Source: Alphaproteobacteria bacterium (lineage in GTDB: Bacteria > Pseudomonadota > Alphaproteobacteria > JAAXGF01). Taken from it: 64,000 nt of DNA. The stretch covers positions 2,272,001-2,336,000 of the forward strand of contig CAUVXB020000002.1 of assembly GCA_963555825.3 (NCBI GenBank), written 5' to 3'. A program made the translations under genes and the position numbers. Shown here in pieces: positions 22,260 to 32,801 of this stretch; position 1 is the first letter of the stretch, and every line of letters starts with the position of its first letter. The notes under the pieces are model-generated. The model saw only the letters and a program-made list of their open reading frames with translations, was not told the origin of the DNA and made no database searches.

Positions 22260-23024
22260 TCAGTTAGCAGTCGGGGTTTGACGCCTGCGGCTCTGGTTGA
22301 GCCTGTAGCTGTCACCGTTCATCTCGAGGATGTTGACGTGGTGGGTGAGGCGATCGAGGAGCGCGCCGGTGAGGCGCTCGGAGCCGAACACCTCGGTCCA
22401 TTCGTCGAAGGGCAGATTGGTGGTGACCAGGGTCGAGCCCCGCTCGTAGCGTTGGCTGAACACCTCGAACAACAGCTCGGCGCCGGTCTTCGACAGCGGC
22501 ACGAAGCCGAGTTCGTCGACGATCAGAAGCTTGTAGGTGGCGAGCTTCTTCTGGAACCTCAGCAGCTGCTTGTCATCGCGGGCCTCGATGAGTTCGTGGA
22601 CCAGCGCGGCGGCGGTGATGAAGCCGACCGAGAGGCCCTTCTGGCAGGCCGCCAGGCCGAGACCGAGGGCGATGTGGGTCTTGCCGGTCCCACTGTTGCC
22701 GAGCGCGATGAGGTTCTCGCGGCGCTCGATGTACTCGCAGCGGGCCAGCTCCAGGACCAGCGCCTTGTTGAGCGAGGGGATGACCTTGAAGTCGAAGCTG
22801 TCGAGGCTCTTGACCACGGGGAAGCGCGCCGCCTTGATGCGCCGCTCGACCATGCGGCGCTCGCGGTCGATCAGCTCGAGCTCGGCGAGTCTCAACAGGT
22901 AGCGGACGTGATCGACGCCTTCCGAGGCGCACTGCCGGGCGATCTTGTCGTACTCGCGCAGGAAGGTCGGCAGCTTCAGCGTCTTGAGGTGGTGGGCGAG
23001 CAGCACTTGCGGTGTGTCGGTCAT
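22260..23024 (-). CDS. istB: IS21 helper AAA+ ATPase
   Basis: [32 protein letters not shown]; ATGA overlap with istA. Confidence 0.95.
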   Translation of the reverse strand: MTDTPQVLLAHHLKTLKLPTFLREYDKIARQCASEGVDHVRYLLRLAELELIDRERRMVERRIKAARFPVVKSLDSFDFKVIPSLNKALVLELARCEYIERRENLIALGNSGTGKTHIALGLGLAACQKGLSVGFITAAALVHELIEARDDKQLLRFQKKLATYKLLIVDELGFVPLSKTGAELLFEVFSQRYERGSTLVTTNLPFDEWTEVFGSERLTGALLDRLTHHVNILEMNGDSYRLNQSRRRQTPTAN

Positions 23025-23699
23025 GCGCCGAGCCCCGACAGCAGGCTCATGTACGACTTGGCGGACGTCATCGCGACCCGGGCGCGCGGCAGATACGGAT
23101 AGACGTCGAGGTTGAGCCTGGGCGGCCGCCGCTCGATGCGGCACAGTACCAGGTGCTTCACCGCATCAAAGCCGATTGCGCCGAGCCGCAGGGCGTCGCC
23201 GACCGCACCCTCGACCTCCTCGAGCCGGAAGGTCTCCAGTAGACGGAGCACCTGGACGTACTCGCGCTTGCCTGCCTTGCCCATACGAGCTTCGAGGAGC
23301 CGCCGCAGAGTGATGAAGGCCTCGGGCAGGTCCCAGCCCGCCAATGGCGCGGCCTGGTCGAGGGCGCCGATCTTCTGCTCGATCAAGGGCAGGTAATGCA
23401 GCGGGTCGAAGATCAGGTCCTCGCTGTCGTAGGACCGGCGGTGCCGGGCGATCACCTCGGCCCCGCAGCTGATCACCACCTCATCGACGTAGCCCCGGAT
23501 GAGCACCTCACGGTGGCCGTAGGCCACGGGCACGGAATAGTCGTTGCTGCGGTAACGCACCAGCGACAGCGAACTCGCCCGTCCAGGGCGCTTATCGCAG
23601 GCATCATAGGGAGCAGGCGGCAATGGCAAGAGAACTTGACGATCCCGCTCGAGACGCTCGCCGATGGTCTCCTTATATGAGGCGTTTGCTGTCAAGGTG

Positions 23700-23989
23700 G
23701 ATTTAATCTACGCCACATGATCGTCTCTTCCATTGGTTATGGCTTTGTATCCAGGGCGGGTCTTGCGATGAGTTCCGTGTTTCGTGCGAGTGATCGCATC
23801 ACCTTATATCCGGCAGCTCCGATCCGGCTTGCCACAATGCTGTATACATGGACCATCACAGGACGGGGATGGGACTAATCTTGTGGACGGCACCTTCGCC
23901 AAGGAGACATGCAGTCACACATCCAACCTGCCAACAAGCGTTCCCATCGGGGAATGAAGCCCGTTAGAACGCTGAGCTGATCCGCAGTC
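23700..23989 (-). ncRNA. Putative bridge/seek RNA of the IS1111-type element
   Basis: Target guides at 23880-23886 and 23901-23908, donor guides at 23803-23809 and 23834-23841; each pair brackets a GGC..GCC hairpin. Transcript ends unknown. Confidence 0.8.
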
Positions 23990-25123
23990 CTATTTGACGA
24001 CAGCACCCACCGGGATCAGCCCGGTTTCCAGATACCGCCAAAGCGCGATCGCCAGTTTGCGGGCCAGGGCGACGATCATGACGCGCCTGATGCGCCCCTT
24101 CTGACCTTGGGTGCGGTCATGGAACCACTGGGTCAGAGCGCTATCGGGTTGATGGCGGACCCAAAGCCATGCGGCTTCGATCATGGCAACCCGTGCCAGC
24201 CGATTGCCCGCCTTGGAGATGCCTTGGCTGCGGCGCCCGTCGCCGCTGTCATAGGCACTGGGCGTGATCCCGATATAGCTTGCCACCTGTCGGCGATTGG
24301 CGAACTGGCGATAATAGACTTCCCGTGCGAGCGTCGTGGATAAGGCCGGGCCGAGGCCCTTTAAGCGCAGCAGCTGGTGACGCTTGCTTTCCGTGGCCAC
24401 ACACGGTGTCGGCGCTTGATCACGCTCACGCTCGACCTCGACGATCTGCGCTTGGACCTGGGCCAGTCTCGCGATCTCCCGCGCGATCTCGCGGCCGAGA
24501 CGGTCCGGCAGGGGTCGGCCGTCTCCGGTGACCAGCGCCGCCGGTGTCAAGGTCTTGTAGCGCGCCTTGACATTGATGCCGCGAATGCCCTGACCGAATA
24601 GCAGACCCTTGATCCGGTTGATGTGGGCGGTTCGCTCGCGGACCAATCGGTCACGTTCCCGATGAGAGCGGCGAAGGTCCTCCTCCGCGACGCTCGGAAT
24701 CACCACCATGGAGCAGACATGACGCTCGCCGCGGCACCAGGCGATCAGCGTATGAAGAATATTCTCGACATCGATGCGGTCGGTCTTCACCCGCCGCGCC
24801 CGGCGGTTGACCCGCAAGCTGGCCGGCTCCATGACCAGACACTCGATGCCGCGCTGCTCGAGGAACCGCGCCAACCAGAAGCCGTCGTAGCCGGCCTCGT
24901 AGCACAGCGTTATCGTCGGCGTTCGACCCGTCACCTTGACCACCCGGTCCCGCGCCGCGTCCAGCTTGGCCATCAGTCCTTCAGCGTCGCCGCCCTTGAT
25001 CGGATGCAAGCTCGGATTGCCCCGCCCCGGAGCCTGGATCGCCAAAAGCCAGCTGTTCTTGCTCAACTCCAGTGCCGCATAAATAGCGTGTTCATTGGAG
25101 GTCGATACCGGAAACTGTGCCAT
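23990..25123 (-). CDS. IS110-family DEDD recombinase
   Basis: ALELSK, CYEAG, KTDRID, GLGP, AYDSG, SKAGN, VALARKL; 377 aa. Confidence 0.95.
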   Translation of the reverse strand: MAQFPVSTSNEHAIYAALELSKNSWLLAIQAPGRGNPSLHPIKGGDAEGLMAKLDAARDRVVKVTGRTPTITLCYEAGYDGFWLARFLEQRGIECLVMEPASLRVNRRARRVKTDRIDVENILHTLIAWCRGERHVCSMVVIPSVAEEDLRRSHRERDRLVRERTAHINRIKGLLFGQGIRGINVKARYKTLTPAALVTGDGRPLPDRLGREIAREIARLAQVQAQIVEVERERDQAPTPCVATESKRHQLLRLKGLGPALSTTLAREVYYRQFANRRQVASYIGITPSAYDSGDGRRSQGISKAGNRLARVAMIEAAWLWVRHQPDSALTQWFHDRTQGQKGRIRRVMIVALARKLAIALWRYLETGLIPVGAVVK

Positions 25124-26162
25124 CGTGTCGCTCCTTCTGATCGAGGTTGAAATAATCGAAGGAGCTTGAGGCTGCGTCCTTCAGCCTCATAGCATCTTGT
25201 GGCCCCGCAGCCGCGCCGCCTGGCGCCGGCGGCACTGTTCGGCGAGAGCATCGTTGAGGGCCGCGAAGCTCTCGGCACGCGGGACGGGGACCAGGAAGTT
25301 CCGCCGGATGAAGCCGACCAGTCCCTCGACCTTGCCCTTGTCGTTGCCCTTGCCCGGCCGGCCGAACCTGTCCTCGAACAGATAGTGGGACTGAAGCTCC
25401 GTGAAGACGCGCGTTCGCTGCCGCTTCCCATCGCCCAGGATCCGGGCAACCGCCAGCTTGGTGTTGTCGTACAGGATGGATCGGGGGACGCCGCCGAAGA
25501 AGGCAAACGCCGCGTTGTGGCCATCGCAGAATGCTTCGGTCGTCTCCGCCGGATAGGCCGCAACAAAGCAACCATCACTGTGGGGAAGGTCGAAGGCAAG
25601 GAAGTGGATCTTCCGTAACGCGCCGCCGATCACCGCCATCGCTTCGCCGAAGTCCGCCTGGGCGTGACCGGGGGAATGGGAGAGTGGCACGAACACCTCA
25701 CGCGACCGAAGCCCCTGCTCACGAACGTAGTCCTTCACGATGGTGTAGCCGCCCGTGAAACCGTACTCGTCCCGGAGGCGGTCGAAGATGCGCTTCGCAG
25801 TGTGCCGTTGCTTGCGGTGGCTGGTCCGATCGTCTTCCAAGATCCGATCGATGATTCCCGTGAACGGACCCAGCTTTGGCCGCCTCGGCGGCGCGCTTCG
25901 GCGATACCCTGGCGGCACCGAGAACGACAGCATCTTACGGACCGTCTTGCGGTCTACACCAAACACCCGCGAGGCCTCGCGGGTGCTCATCCCCTCGACA
26001 TGACACGCCCGCCGAACCCGTGCGTACAACTCCACCCGATACATCCCCCCCGCCTTCCAGTCAGAGCAACCCTGACAGAAGGCTATACGCGGTCCCATTT
26101 TGGTCCGCCGCAGCCGGATCGACCGGCCGCTTCAGTGGGGGATTATTGCTCTGCCCTTCTCA

Positions 26163-26925
26163 AGCATGCGGAACGTCCTGCCATCGTGTGTGCGGGCCAT
26201 GACGAAGTCATAGGCCCAGACATGGTTCGGCCAGCTCGGTCGCAGACGGATGCAGGACCCGTCGTTGAGCCACAGTCGGCCTCTCTTGGGTTGCTTTACA
26301 GGCACCTTCAGCCCCTCCCGTCGCCAGATGCGTTCGACCCGCTTGTGGTTCACGTGCCAACCATCTCCGCGGAGCAGCGCCGTGACCCGGCGATAGCCGT
26401 AGCGGCCATACTCACTGGCTAGCCGCACGATCGCCTCGGTGAGCGCCGCCTCATCGTCAGCCCCGACACGTCGATAGCGTTGCGTCGAGCGTGGCTGTCC
26501 GATGACCTGGCACACCCGGCGCTCGGGTAATCCATATCGTGTGCAGACATGCACAACACAGCGCCGGCGACGCTCGGGGCTTAGAAGTTTCCCTCGGCGG
26601 CTTCCTTCAGGATCAGTTTATCCAGCGTCAGATCGGCGACGGCTCGCCTGAGATGTGTGTTCTCCCGCTCGAGCTCCTTGAAGCGTCGGGCCTGCCCAAC
26701 CTTCAGGCCGCCGTACTCCTTGCGCCACCGATAGTACGTCTGCTCGGCGATGCCCAAGGTCCGGCACACTTCGGGCACCGTGTGACCGCTCGCCAGGCCG
26801 ACTTCAGCCTCACGCAGCTTGCTGATGATCTGTTCCGCGGTATGTCGCTTCCGTGGCATCTTGACCTCCTCTCCAACGGCCCAAGACTAACATTCCGCCT
26901 GGGCCAGGTTTTGGGGGGCAGGTCA
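26163..26925 (-). mobile_element. IS3-family (IS407-like) element truncated by IS21
   Basis: Left end TGACCTGCCCCCC; orfA 26581-26859; orfB stops at the IS21 end; near-identical to 30485-31760. Confidence 0.93.
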
Positions 26926-26994
26926 ATCCCAGAGGACATGCTCACGGTCCCGGGGTTCGAGGGCGTCGACGGTTCGTTTGGTGATCTTGGCCAT
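26926..26994 (-). pseudogene. N-terminal fragment of a tyrosine integrase (arm-binding domain)
   Basis: MAKITKRTVDALEPRDREHVLWD with RBS GGAG, cut by the IS. Confidence 0.7.
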
Positions 26995-27157
26995 GGCACA
27001 CTCCGTTTCTCGTTGCCTTATGGGAACCGCATGGGTACCCACAGGATGCAAACCGGAGTGTATTATAGTCGGCGACTGGCGGGTCGAAAAGACCCTAACA
27101 CCATGTAATATCGCATCTATCGTATGACATGTACCGACTAGTCACGACATCCCATGA

Positions 27158-28189
27158 TGATTGCCGATCACCAGCCGTTCTACTGCCAGACTGAAGCCTA
27201 CCGGCGCGAGGGGATCGATCTCGACCGCACCATGCTGGGCAACTGGGCCGGGCGCGGGGTGCAGTTCCTGGCTCCCGGTCATCGACCGGATGATCGACCA
27301 CCTCAAGGCGTCCGACTGCCTGTTCATGGACGAGGCCACGGTACCGGTGCTGGCGCCGGGGACCGGGCAGACCCGTCTCGACTATCTGTGGGCGATCGCC
27401 CGCGATCAGCGCGGCCATGGCGGTCCCGACCCGCCGATCGTGGAGTTCCACCACTCGCGCAATCGCAGCGCCAAGGTCGCCCTGGAACTGATGCGCGACT
27501 ATGCCGGCGGCGACCCGCTGCATGTCGATGGCTACACAGTGTACGACGCGCTCGGCGATCCGGGACGGGTCTCCAACCCATGGGATCTCGCATACTGTTG
27601 GGTCCACTGGCGGAGACGGTTTGTGGAGTTCCAGCGCGGCACGGCGTCGCCCGTGTGCGAGGAGATACTCGGACGCATCGCGGCGCTGTCCCGGATAGAG
27701 GCCATGGTGCGCGGCCATCCACCGGAGCACCGGCTTAGGGTCCGACAGGAACTCTCGACGCCGATCGTCGAGGCCCTGCGGCCCTGGGTCGAAGCCCAGC
27801 TTGGGCGCCTGTCGAGCGCATCCGAGCTCGCCAGGCATATCCGATACGCCCTCAAGCGCTACTAGAACGGCCTGAGCCGGCTCCTCCATGACCGGCGTAT
27901 CGAGATGGACACCATTCCTGTCGGGAACCTCATCCGCCTGGTGAAGCTCACAAAGGAAAACGCACTCTTCGCCGACAGTGACGACGGCGCCAAAACCTGG
28001 GCGCGATGCGCCAGCCTGATCGGCACCTGCAAGCTCAACGGCGTCAACCCGCAGGCCTACCTGACCGACACCCTGAGCCGGATCGTCGACATGCACTCCA
28101 TGTCATTCCTCAACGATCTAATGCCCTGGAACTTCACCCCGGCAATCCCGACCGTCACTCGTCAAGAAGGTTAACGGCGCGGCGCTTAC
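27158..28189 (+). mobile_element. Degenerate IS66 tnpC 3' half with right end
   Basis: LFMDEATVPVL, CWVHWRRRF, SLIGTCKLNGVNPQAYL; frameshift and stop; terminal GCGCTTAC. Confidence 0.85.
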
Positions 28190-28302
28190 GTTTGAACCGG
28201 TAGCTGTCGTTTCCGGTCTCGACGATGTGGCAATGGTGGGTTAGGCGATCGAGGAGAGCGGTTGTCATTTTCTCGTCGCTAAAGACCGTCGGCCATTCGG
28301 CC
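28190..28302 (-). pseudogene. istB C-terminal fragment
   Basis: [37 protein letters not shown]. Confidence 0.8.
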
Positions 28303-28401
28303 TGGCTTTACGCCGTTGGCGCCATGTCGACGAGTTCATCCATGTGTTGACTGGGGGTTGACACAATTATTAAACCACAGACGTGGAAATTCATATATCT
28401 A

Positions 28402-28414
28402 TAACTAATTGATA
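28402..28414 (-). promoter_or_regulatory. IHF-consensus site in the AT-rich arm next to an att core
   Basis: TATCAATTAGTTA fits WATCAANNNNTTR. Confidence 0.5.
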
Positions 28415-28453
28415 TTACACATATGTTTTATACAAGATTCAGATTCTTAAATA

Positions 28454-28472
28454 TGTCGATCATATTATTCGT
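28454..28472 (-). repeat. att core, copy 1
   Basis: ACGAATAATATGATCGACA, 18/19 identical to 53815-53833; it marks where DUF2493 homology ends. Confidence 0.75.
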
Positions 28473-29324
28473 GATGCCAGAGCCAGGGAAGGCGACGAGG
28501 CCCTTCGGCAGGAAGTTCAGCAGGACGTCGTTACGCCGGAAGGGCGCGGCCTTGCCGTCTCTATCCCAGTTCGGCTTGCAGACGACCTGATGCACGCCGT
28601 TCTTCTCCGCCCAGCTTGCGGCGATCTTCTCCGCGCCGGGTCCGCCGCCGTGCAGCAGGACCATGTCCTCGTACTTGATCTTGATGCCGTCCAACGAGCG
28701 CCAGATGGCGGTGACGTCGCCGAAGTCCTTGCCGCCGGTGAAGGCGACCAGGGTGCCCTCGGGCAGATGCGCGCTGGTCTCGCGGTGTTCACGGGCGCGC
28801 AGGTAGTCGCGGGCGTCGATGGCGGCTGAAGTGAGTTTGCCGGTCTGGCTGCTGTGCGACCCGTTGCGCGGACGCCAGGTGTCGCCGGTCTCGGCGCGGT
28901 ATCCCTCGGCGGCGAGGTCGCGCATGGCCTCGAAGGCGTCGCGCCGGTCGCCGAGGTTCCGGACCCGGTCGGTCAGGAGTTCCAGTTCGCGCGACTTGAT
29001 CTCGGAGCCGTCCTGTTCGCGCTGGAGGTCTTTCATCTCGGGCGCGATCTTGTCGATGCCGCGGTCGAGGCGCTGGACCTGGGCGTGCAGCGTATTGACG
29101 AAACCCTAGAGCAGGCTCTCGCGTTCGTCGGCGAGCTGCGTGCCGTCCGGTGCGACGGCGCCGGCCAGAATGTGGATCGCTTCCTCGATCCCGGCAAGCG
29201 CCTCGTCCTCGTTCCAGATCTCTCGATTGTCGAACTCTTCGGGACCAGGGGTCGCGCCGAACAGGGCGGCCTGTTCGCAAGCCATTGCGGTCTGTGACGT
29301 TTCGGTGCTGATGAAGTCTTGCAT
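28454..29324 (-). pseudogene. DUF2493 / SLOG-family protein, 5' part
   Basis: VAFTGGKDF, LLHGGGPGAE, AAPFRRND, AFPGSGIT; in-frame TAG at 29106-29108; the C-terminus lies at 53815-59100. Confidence 0.8.
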
Positions 29325-29945
29325 GATTCTCTCCACTGCAATGTTGCTATCCTCCGAGGCGGGCTGCCCCATCGTGATGACTCTTTGGGTCACGCGCTCG
29401 CAGCGGAGCCACGATGGCCGGAATGCCTGCGCTGGGGGGATGCGCGAGTGGTGCGGGCGCAGGGAGCGAAGCGAGCGAGCCACGGTCGCGTATTCAACCG
29501 GCGCTAGCCGCGCAGCGGCGTGGCATTGCGCGCTATCGCCGTAACGGAGCGCGAGCGGAGTGGAGGACCTCGCAGGGGTTGGCGCAGTGAGAACGTGTGG
29601 GACAATGAGACATCATGACGGGTTAATTATTCTCCCACTCCCACGACTCTCTTCCACCGTGACCGCGGGCTGGATGCTTGCAATAGGGGGCACAATCCGG
29701 GCCGCAAGGGTGCCGGCGCAGATGGCATTAAGGTTGTCATTTAATTCGGAGCGGGCGGGAGCGACCACTATTAGGGGAATGCCGCGTTCCGCAGAGAGGT
29801 ACAGAAGATGTTTTGCAGCGCGTTCGCACAGCGCGCCCGGTATGGAGGTTTTTCCTGGACTCGAAGAGGACTACATAAAAAATGGCCGGTCCCACGCCGA
29901 GTTGGCGGGAACCGGCCCTGGGGTATGCGGGAGAAGAAAACCAGC

Positions 29946-30382
29946 TTAGAAGGGGATCTCGCTGTCATCCACCGTCGTGGCGGTTTCGGCGGCCGGCGCG
30001 GCGTCGCCGTTCATCGCCGGCGCGCCGTTGCCGTTCGGCTTGTCGAGAAACTGGACCCTGCCGCCGGGGACTAGGAGGATCTCGGTCGAGAACCGGTCGC
30101 TGTCCTCGCCGTCCTTGCGCCACTTGCGGTTTGCAGCTTGCCCGAGACGTAGACCAGGCGGCCCTTCTTCGCGTGCTTCTCCAGCATCTCCACCAGGCCG
30201 TCCTGGAAGGTGACGATGCGGTGCCACTCGGTGCGGTCCACCTTGTCCCCCGAATTTCTATCGAGGTAGCTCTCGTCGGTCGCGATCGAGACGTTGGCCA
30301 CGCGGCCGCCGTTGGTGAGATGGCTGATGGTGGCGTAGGCGCCGAGGCGTCCGATCAACTGTGCGTTATTCAGTCCGAACAT
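29946..30382 (-). pseudogene. ssb: Single-stranded DNA-binding protein with a 1-bp frameshift
   Basis: LNNAQLIGRLG, TEWHRIV, KGRLVYVSGKLQT / RKW..STEI, acidic tip DDSEIPF; one C missing near 30128. Confidence 0.9.
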
Positions 30383-30484
30383 GATCAATCTCCTATAATC
30401 CGGGTTATGACATCGGGTTAGCGAACGGGAACCGGTCTCTCTCGATCCCTTCTCCGTTCATCCTCTCTAAAAGCCCTTCTCTTC

Positions 30485-31760
30485 TGACCTGCCCCCCAAA
30501 ACCTGGCCCAGGCGGAATGTTAGTCTTGGGCCGTTGGAGAGGAGGTCAAGATGCCACGGAAGCGACATACCGCGGAACAGATCATCAGCAAGCTGCGTGA
30601 GGCTGAAGTCGGCCTAGCAGGCGGTCACACGGTGCCCGAAGTGTGCCGGACCTTGGGCATCGCCGAGCAGACGTACTATCGGTGGCGCAAGGAGTACGGC
30701 GGCCTGAAGGTTGGGCAAGCCCGACGCTTCAAGGAGCTTGAGCGGGAGAACACACATCTCAGGCGAGCCGTCGCCGATCTAACGCTGGATAAACTGATCC
30801 TGAAGGAAGCCGCCGAGGGAAACTTCTAAGCCCCGAGCGTCGCCGGCGCTGTGTTGAGCATGTCTGCACACGATATGGATTACCCGAGCGTCGCGTGTGC
30901 CAGGTCATCGGACAGCCACGCTCGACGCAACGCTATCGACGTGTCGGGGCTGACGATGAGGCGGCGCTCACCGAGGCGATCGTGCGGCTAGCCAGTGAGT
31001 ATGGCCGCTACGGCTATCGCCGGGTCACGGCGCTGCTCCGCGGAGATGGTTGGCACGTGAACCACAAGCGGGTCGAACGCATCTGGCGACGGGAGGGGCT
31101 GAAGGTGCCTGTAAAGCAACCCAAGAGAGGCCGACTGTGGCTCAACGACGGGTCCTGCATCCGTCTGCGGCCGAGCTGGCCGAACCATGTCTGGGCCTAT
31201 GACTTCGTCATGGCCCGCACACACGATGGCAGGACGTTCCGCATGCTGACGATCATCGACGAGTGGACCAGGGAGTGCCTGGCGATCGACGTCGCCCGGC
31301 ACCTGCGATCCGACGACGTGCTGTATCGCCTGGCGGCACTGTTCGTCGACCGGGGGCCACCGGACCACATCCGCTCGGACAACGGCAGCGAGTTCACCGC
31401 CAAGGCCGTCCGTGACTGGCTGGCGAGAGTCGGTGTGACGACGCTCTACATCGCGCCGGGGAGTCCCTGGGAGAACGGCTACAACGAATCATTCAACGGC
31501 AAGCTCGGAGACGAGCTGCTCGACGGTGAGATATTCTACTCGCTCACGGAAGCTCAGGTGCTGATCGAGCGATGGCGATATCACTACAACACGGTCAGGC
31601 CGCACAGTGCGCTGGGCTATAGACCCCCGGCGCCACAAGCCATCGTGCCTAAACGGACTGATCCGGCCTTCGCGATTGATGGGCTACAGCCGGATCAGCC
31701 CTTCCCAAAAACCGTGCCAGGACTAACATAGGAACTGGTACAAAGAATGGGGGCAGGCCA
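30485..31760 (+). mobile_element. IS3-family (IS407-like) element, complete (orfA 30551-30829, orfB to 31731)
   Basis: TGACCTGCCCCC / GGGGGCAGGCCA ends; GGGAAAC frameshift motif; [24 protein letters not shown]; no target duplication. Confidence 0.95.
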
Positions 31761-32154
31761 CGGTGTAAGTCCGGGAAGCGAGAACCTCACGGATCGCGTG
31801 GGCTGGCACTCCGGCCGCGGCCAGTAATTCGCCGCTGTCGGGCAATGGTGCGGTAAAGCGTGGATCGGTATCTTCGATGCTGCCGGGGTCCGGCTGGATG
31901 TCGAAGGAGTTTGCAATTGTGAGAATGGAATTGAACATGTGCGCCTCCTGTGTGTGGGGTTGGGACGCCACCGGCGGAACTCTCTTTGTCGCCTCTGGCG
32001 CCTCGCCCTTCTCTTTGCTTTCCTCAAACTCTCATTGCGCGTTGGTTGAGGAAGGCAGGAAGGTTGGCGGCATGGCGTGTCTGCGTTCTTCGCCACCGGG
32101 TCTTGCGCCGGCCAACCAAGGTGGATGTGTGTCACCTCGGCCGGTTAGCTGTGA

Positions 32155-32481
32155 TCACAGGGCCGCGTCGTTTGCGTCGGCAATGGCAATGATGACGTCG
32201 TCGAGGCTGCCCCTCGCGCTCATGAGGGTGTTTTCCAAATGGAGAAGCCGGTGGCGGAGCCCGGCGCGGTCGTCGCGGGACGGATTGCCGGGCAGGCGCA
32301 TGATCGCGTTCCGCAGTTCGGCGAAGCGTTCAGCCAGATCTTTCATGTGGCCGGCAGCCTCGCGTGCGCCGGTCCGTGCTTCCGGCAGGAACCCGCCGGG
32401 ATCGGACCGGCATCCCGCCACTGTGTTGAAATCGTCTTCGTCGCGTGGGGCTGTGAGGGTATCGAGCATGCGGGCCTCCAT
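32155..32481 (-). CDS. Hypothetical helical protein
   Basis: 108-aa ORF with plausible composition, co-directional with its neighbours; start uncertain. Confidence 0.4.
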   Translation of the reverse strand: MEARMLDTLTAPRDEDDFNTVAGCRSDPGGFLPEARTGAREAAGHMKDLAERFAELRNAIMRLPGNPSRDDRAGLRHRLLHLENTLMSARGSLDDVIIAIADANDAAL

Positions 32482-32801
32482 GGGTGCAAAGCAGGGTGGC
32501 GGGGACGCCGGGGGAAGTGACTCCCACCGGTTATCCCCTGAATCACCCCGGCTGAGCGGTCCTCTGACTCTGTGTGCCGCGCCGCGAGGCGGGGAGGATC
32601 ATGTCGGGTCCATGTTGCCGGGCACACATATATAGAGTCCTCGGGAAGCACGCGAAACGTCGCGACGCATTTCCCAAATATGGCGGTTTGGACGGTTCGT
32701 GCAGGTGAGCCGCGCAAGGCGCAAAGGCGCAAATTCCCGGAAGCGTGCGCAGCGTGCGGCAACGAGCTTTCGGACGCCCGCGCCGGATACCGGGCGGTGC
32801 T

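Larger units (their letters stand above)
23675..25195 (-). mobile_element. IS110-family, IS1111-type element
   Basis: Compared with the empty site at 43737-43748 the insert is flanked by CTT/CTT; subterminal IRs ATGAGGC/GCCTCAT; 315-bp 3' non-coding region; TTGACA near the right end. Confidence 0.93.
23021..26044 (-). pseudogene. istA: IS21 transposase split by an IS110 insertion
   Basis: The two halves join to give the intact protein of 43091-44590 (RLRGHK-ETIGER). Confidence 0.95.
22069..26162 (-). mobile_element. IS21-family element (copy 1); istA interrupted by IS110, istB intact
   Basis: TG..CA ends; near-identical to 40705-44708; no target duplication (CGATAT vs AGCATG). Confidence 0.95.

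Noticed and set aside
26926-30484. Proof that the IS407-like pair inverted this segment
   Set aside because: The flanks do not show swapped target duplications (GGAT vs CGGT); kept only as a possibility.
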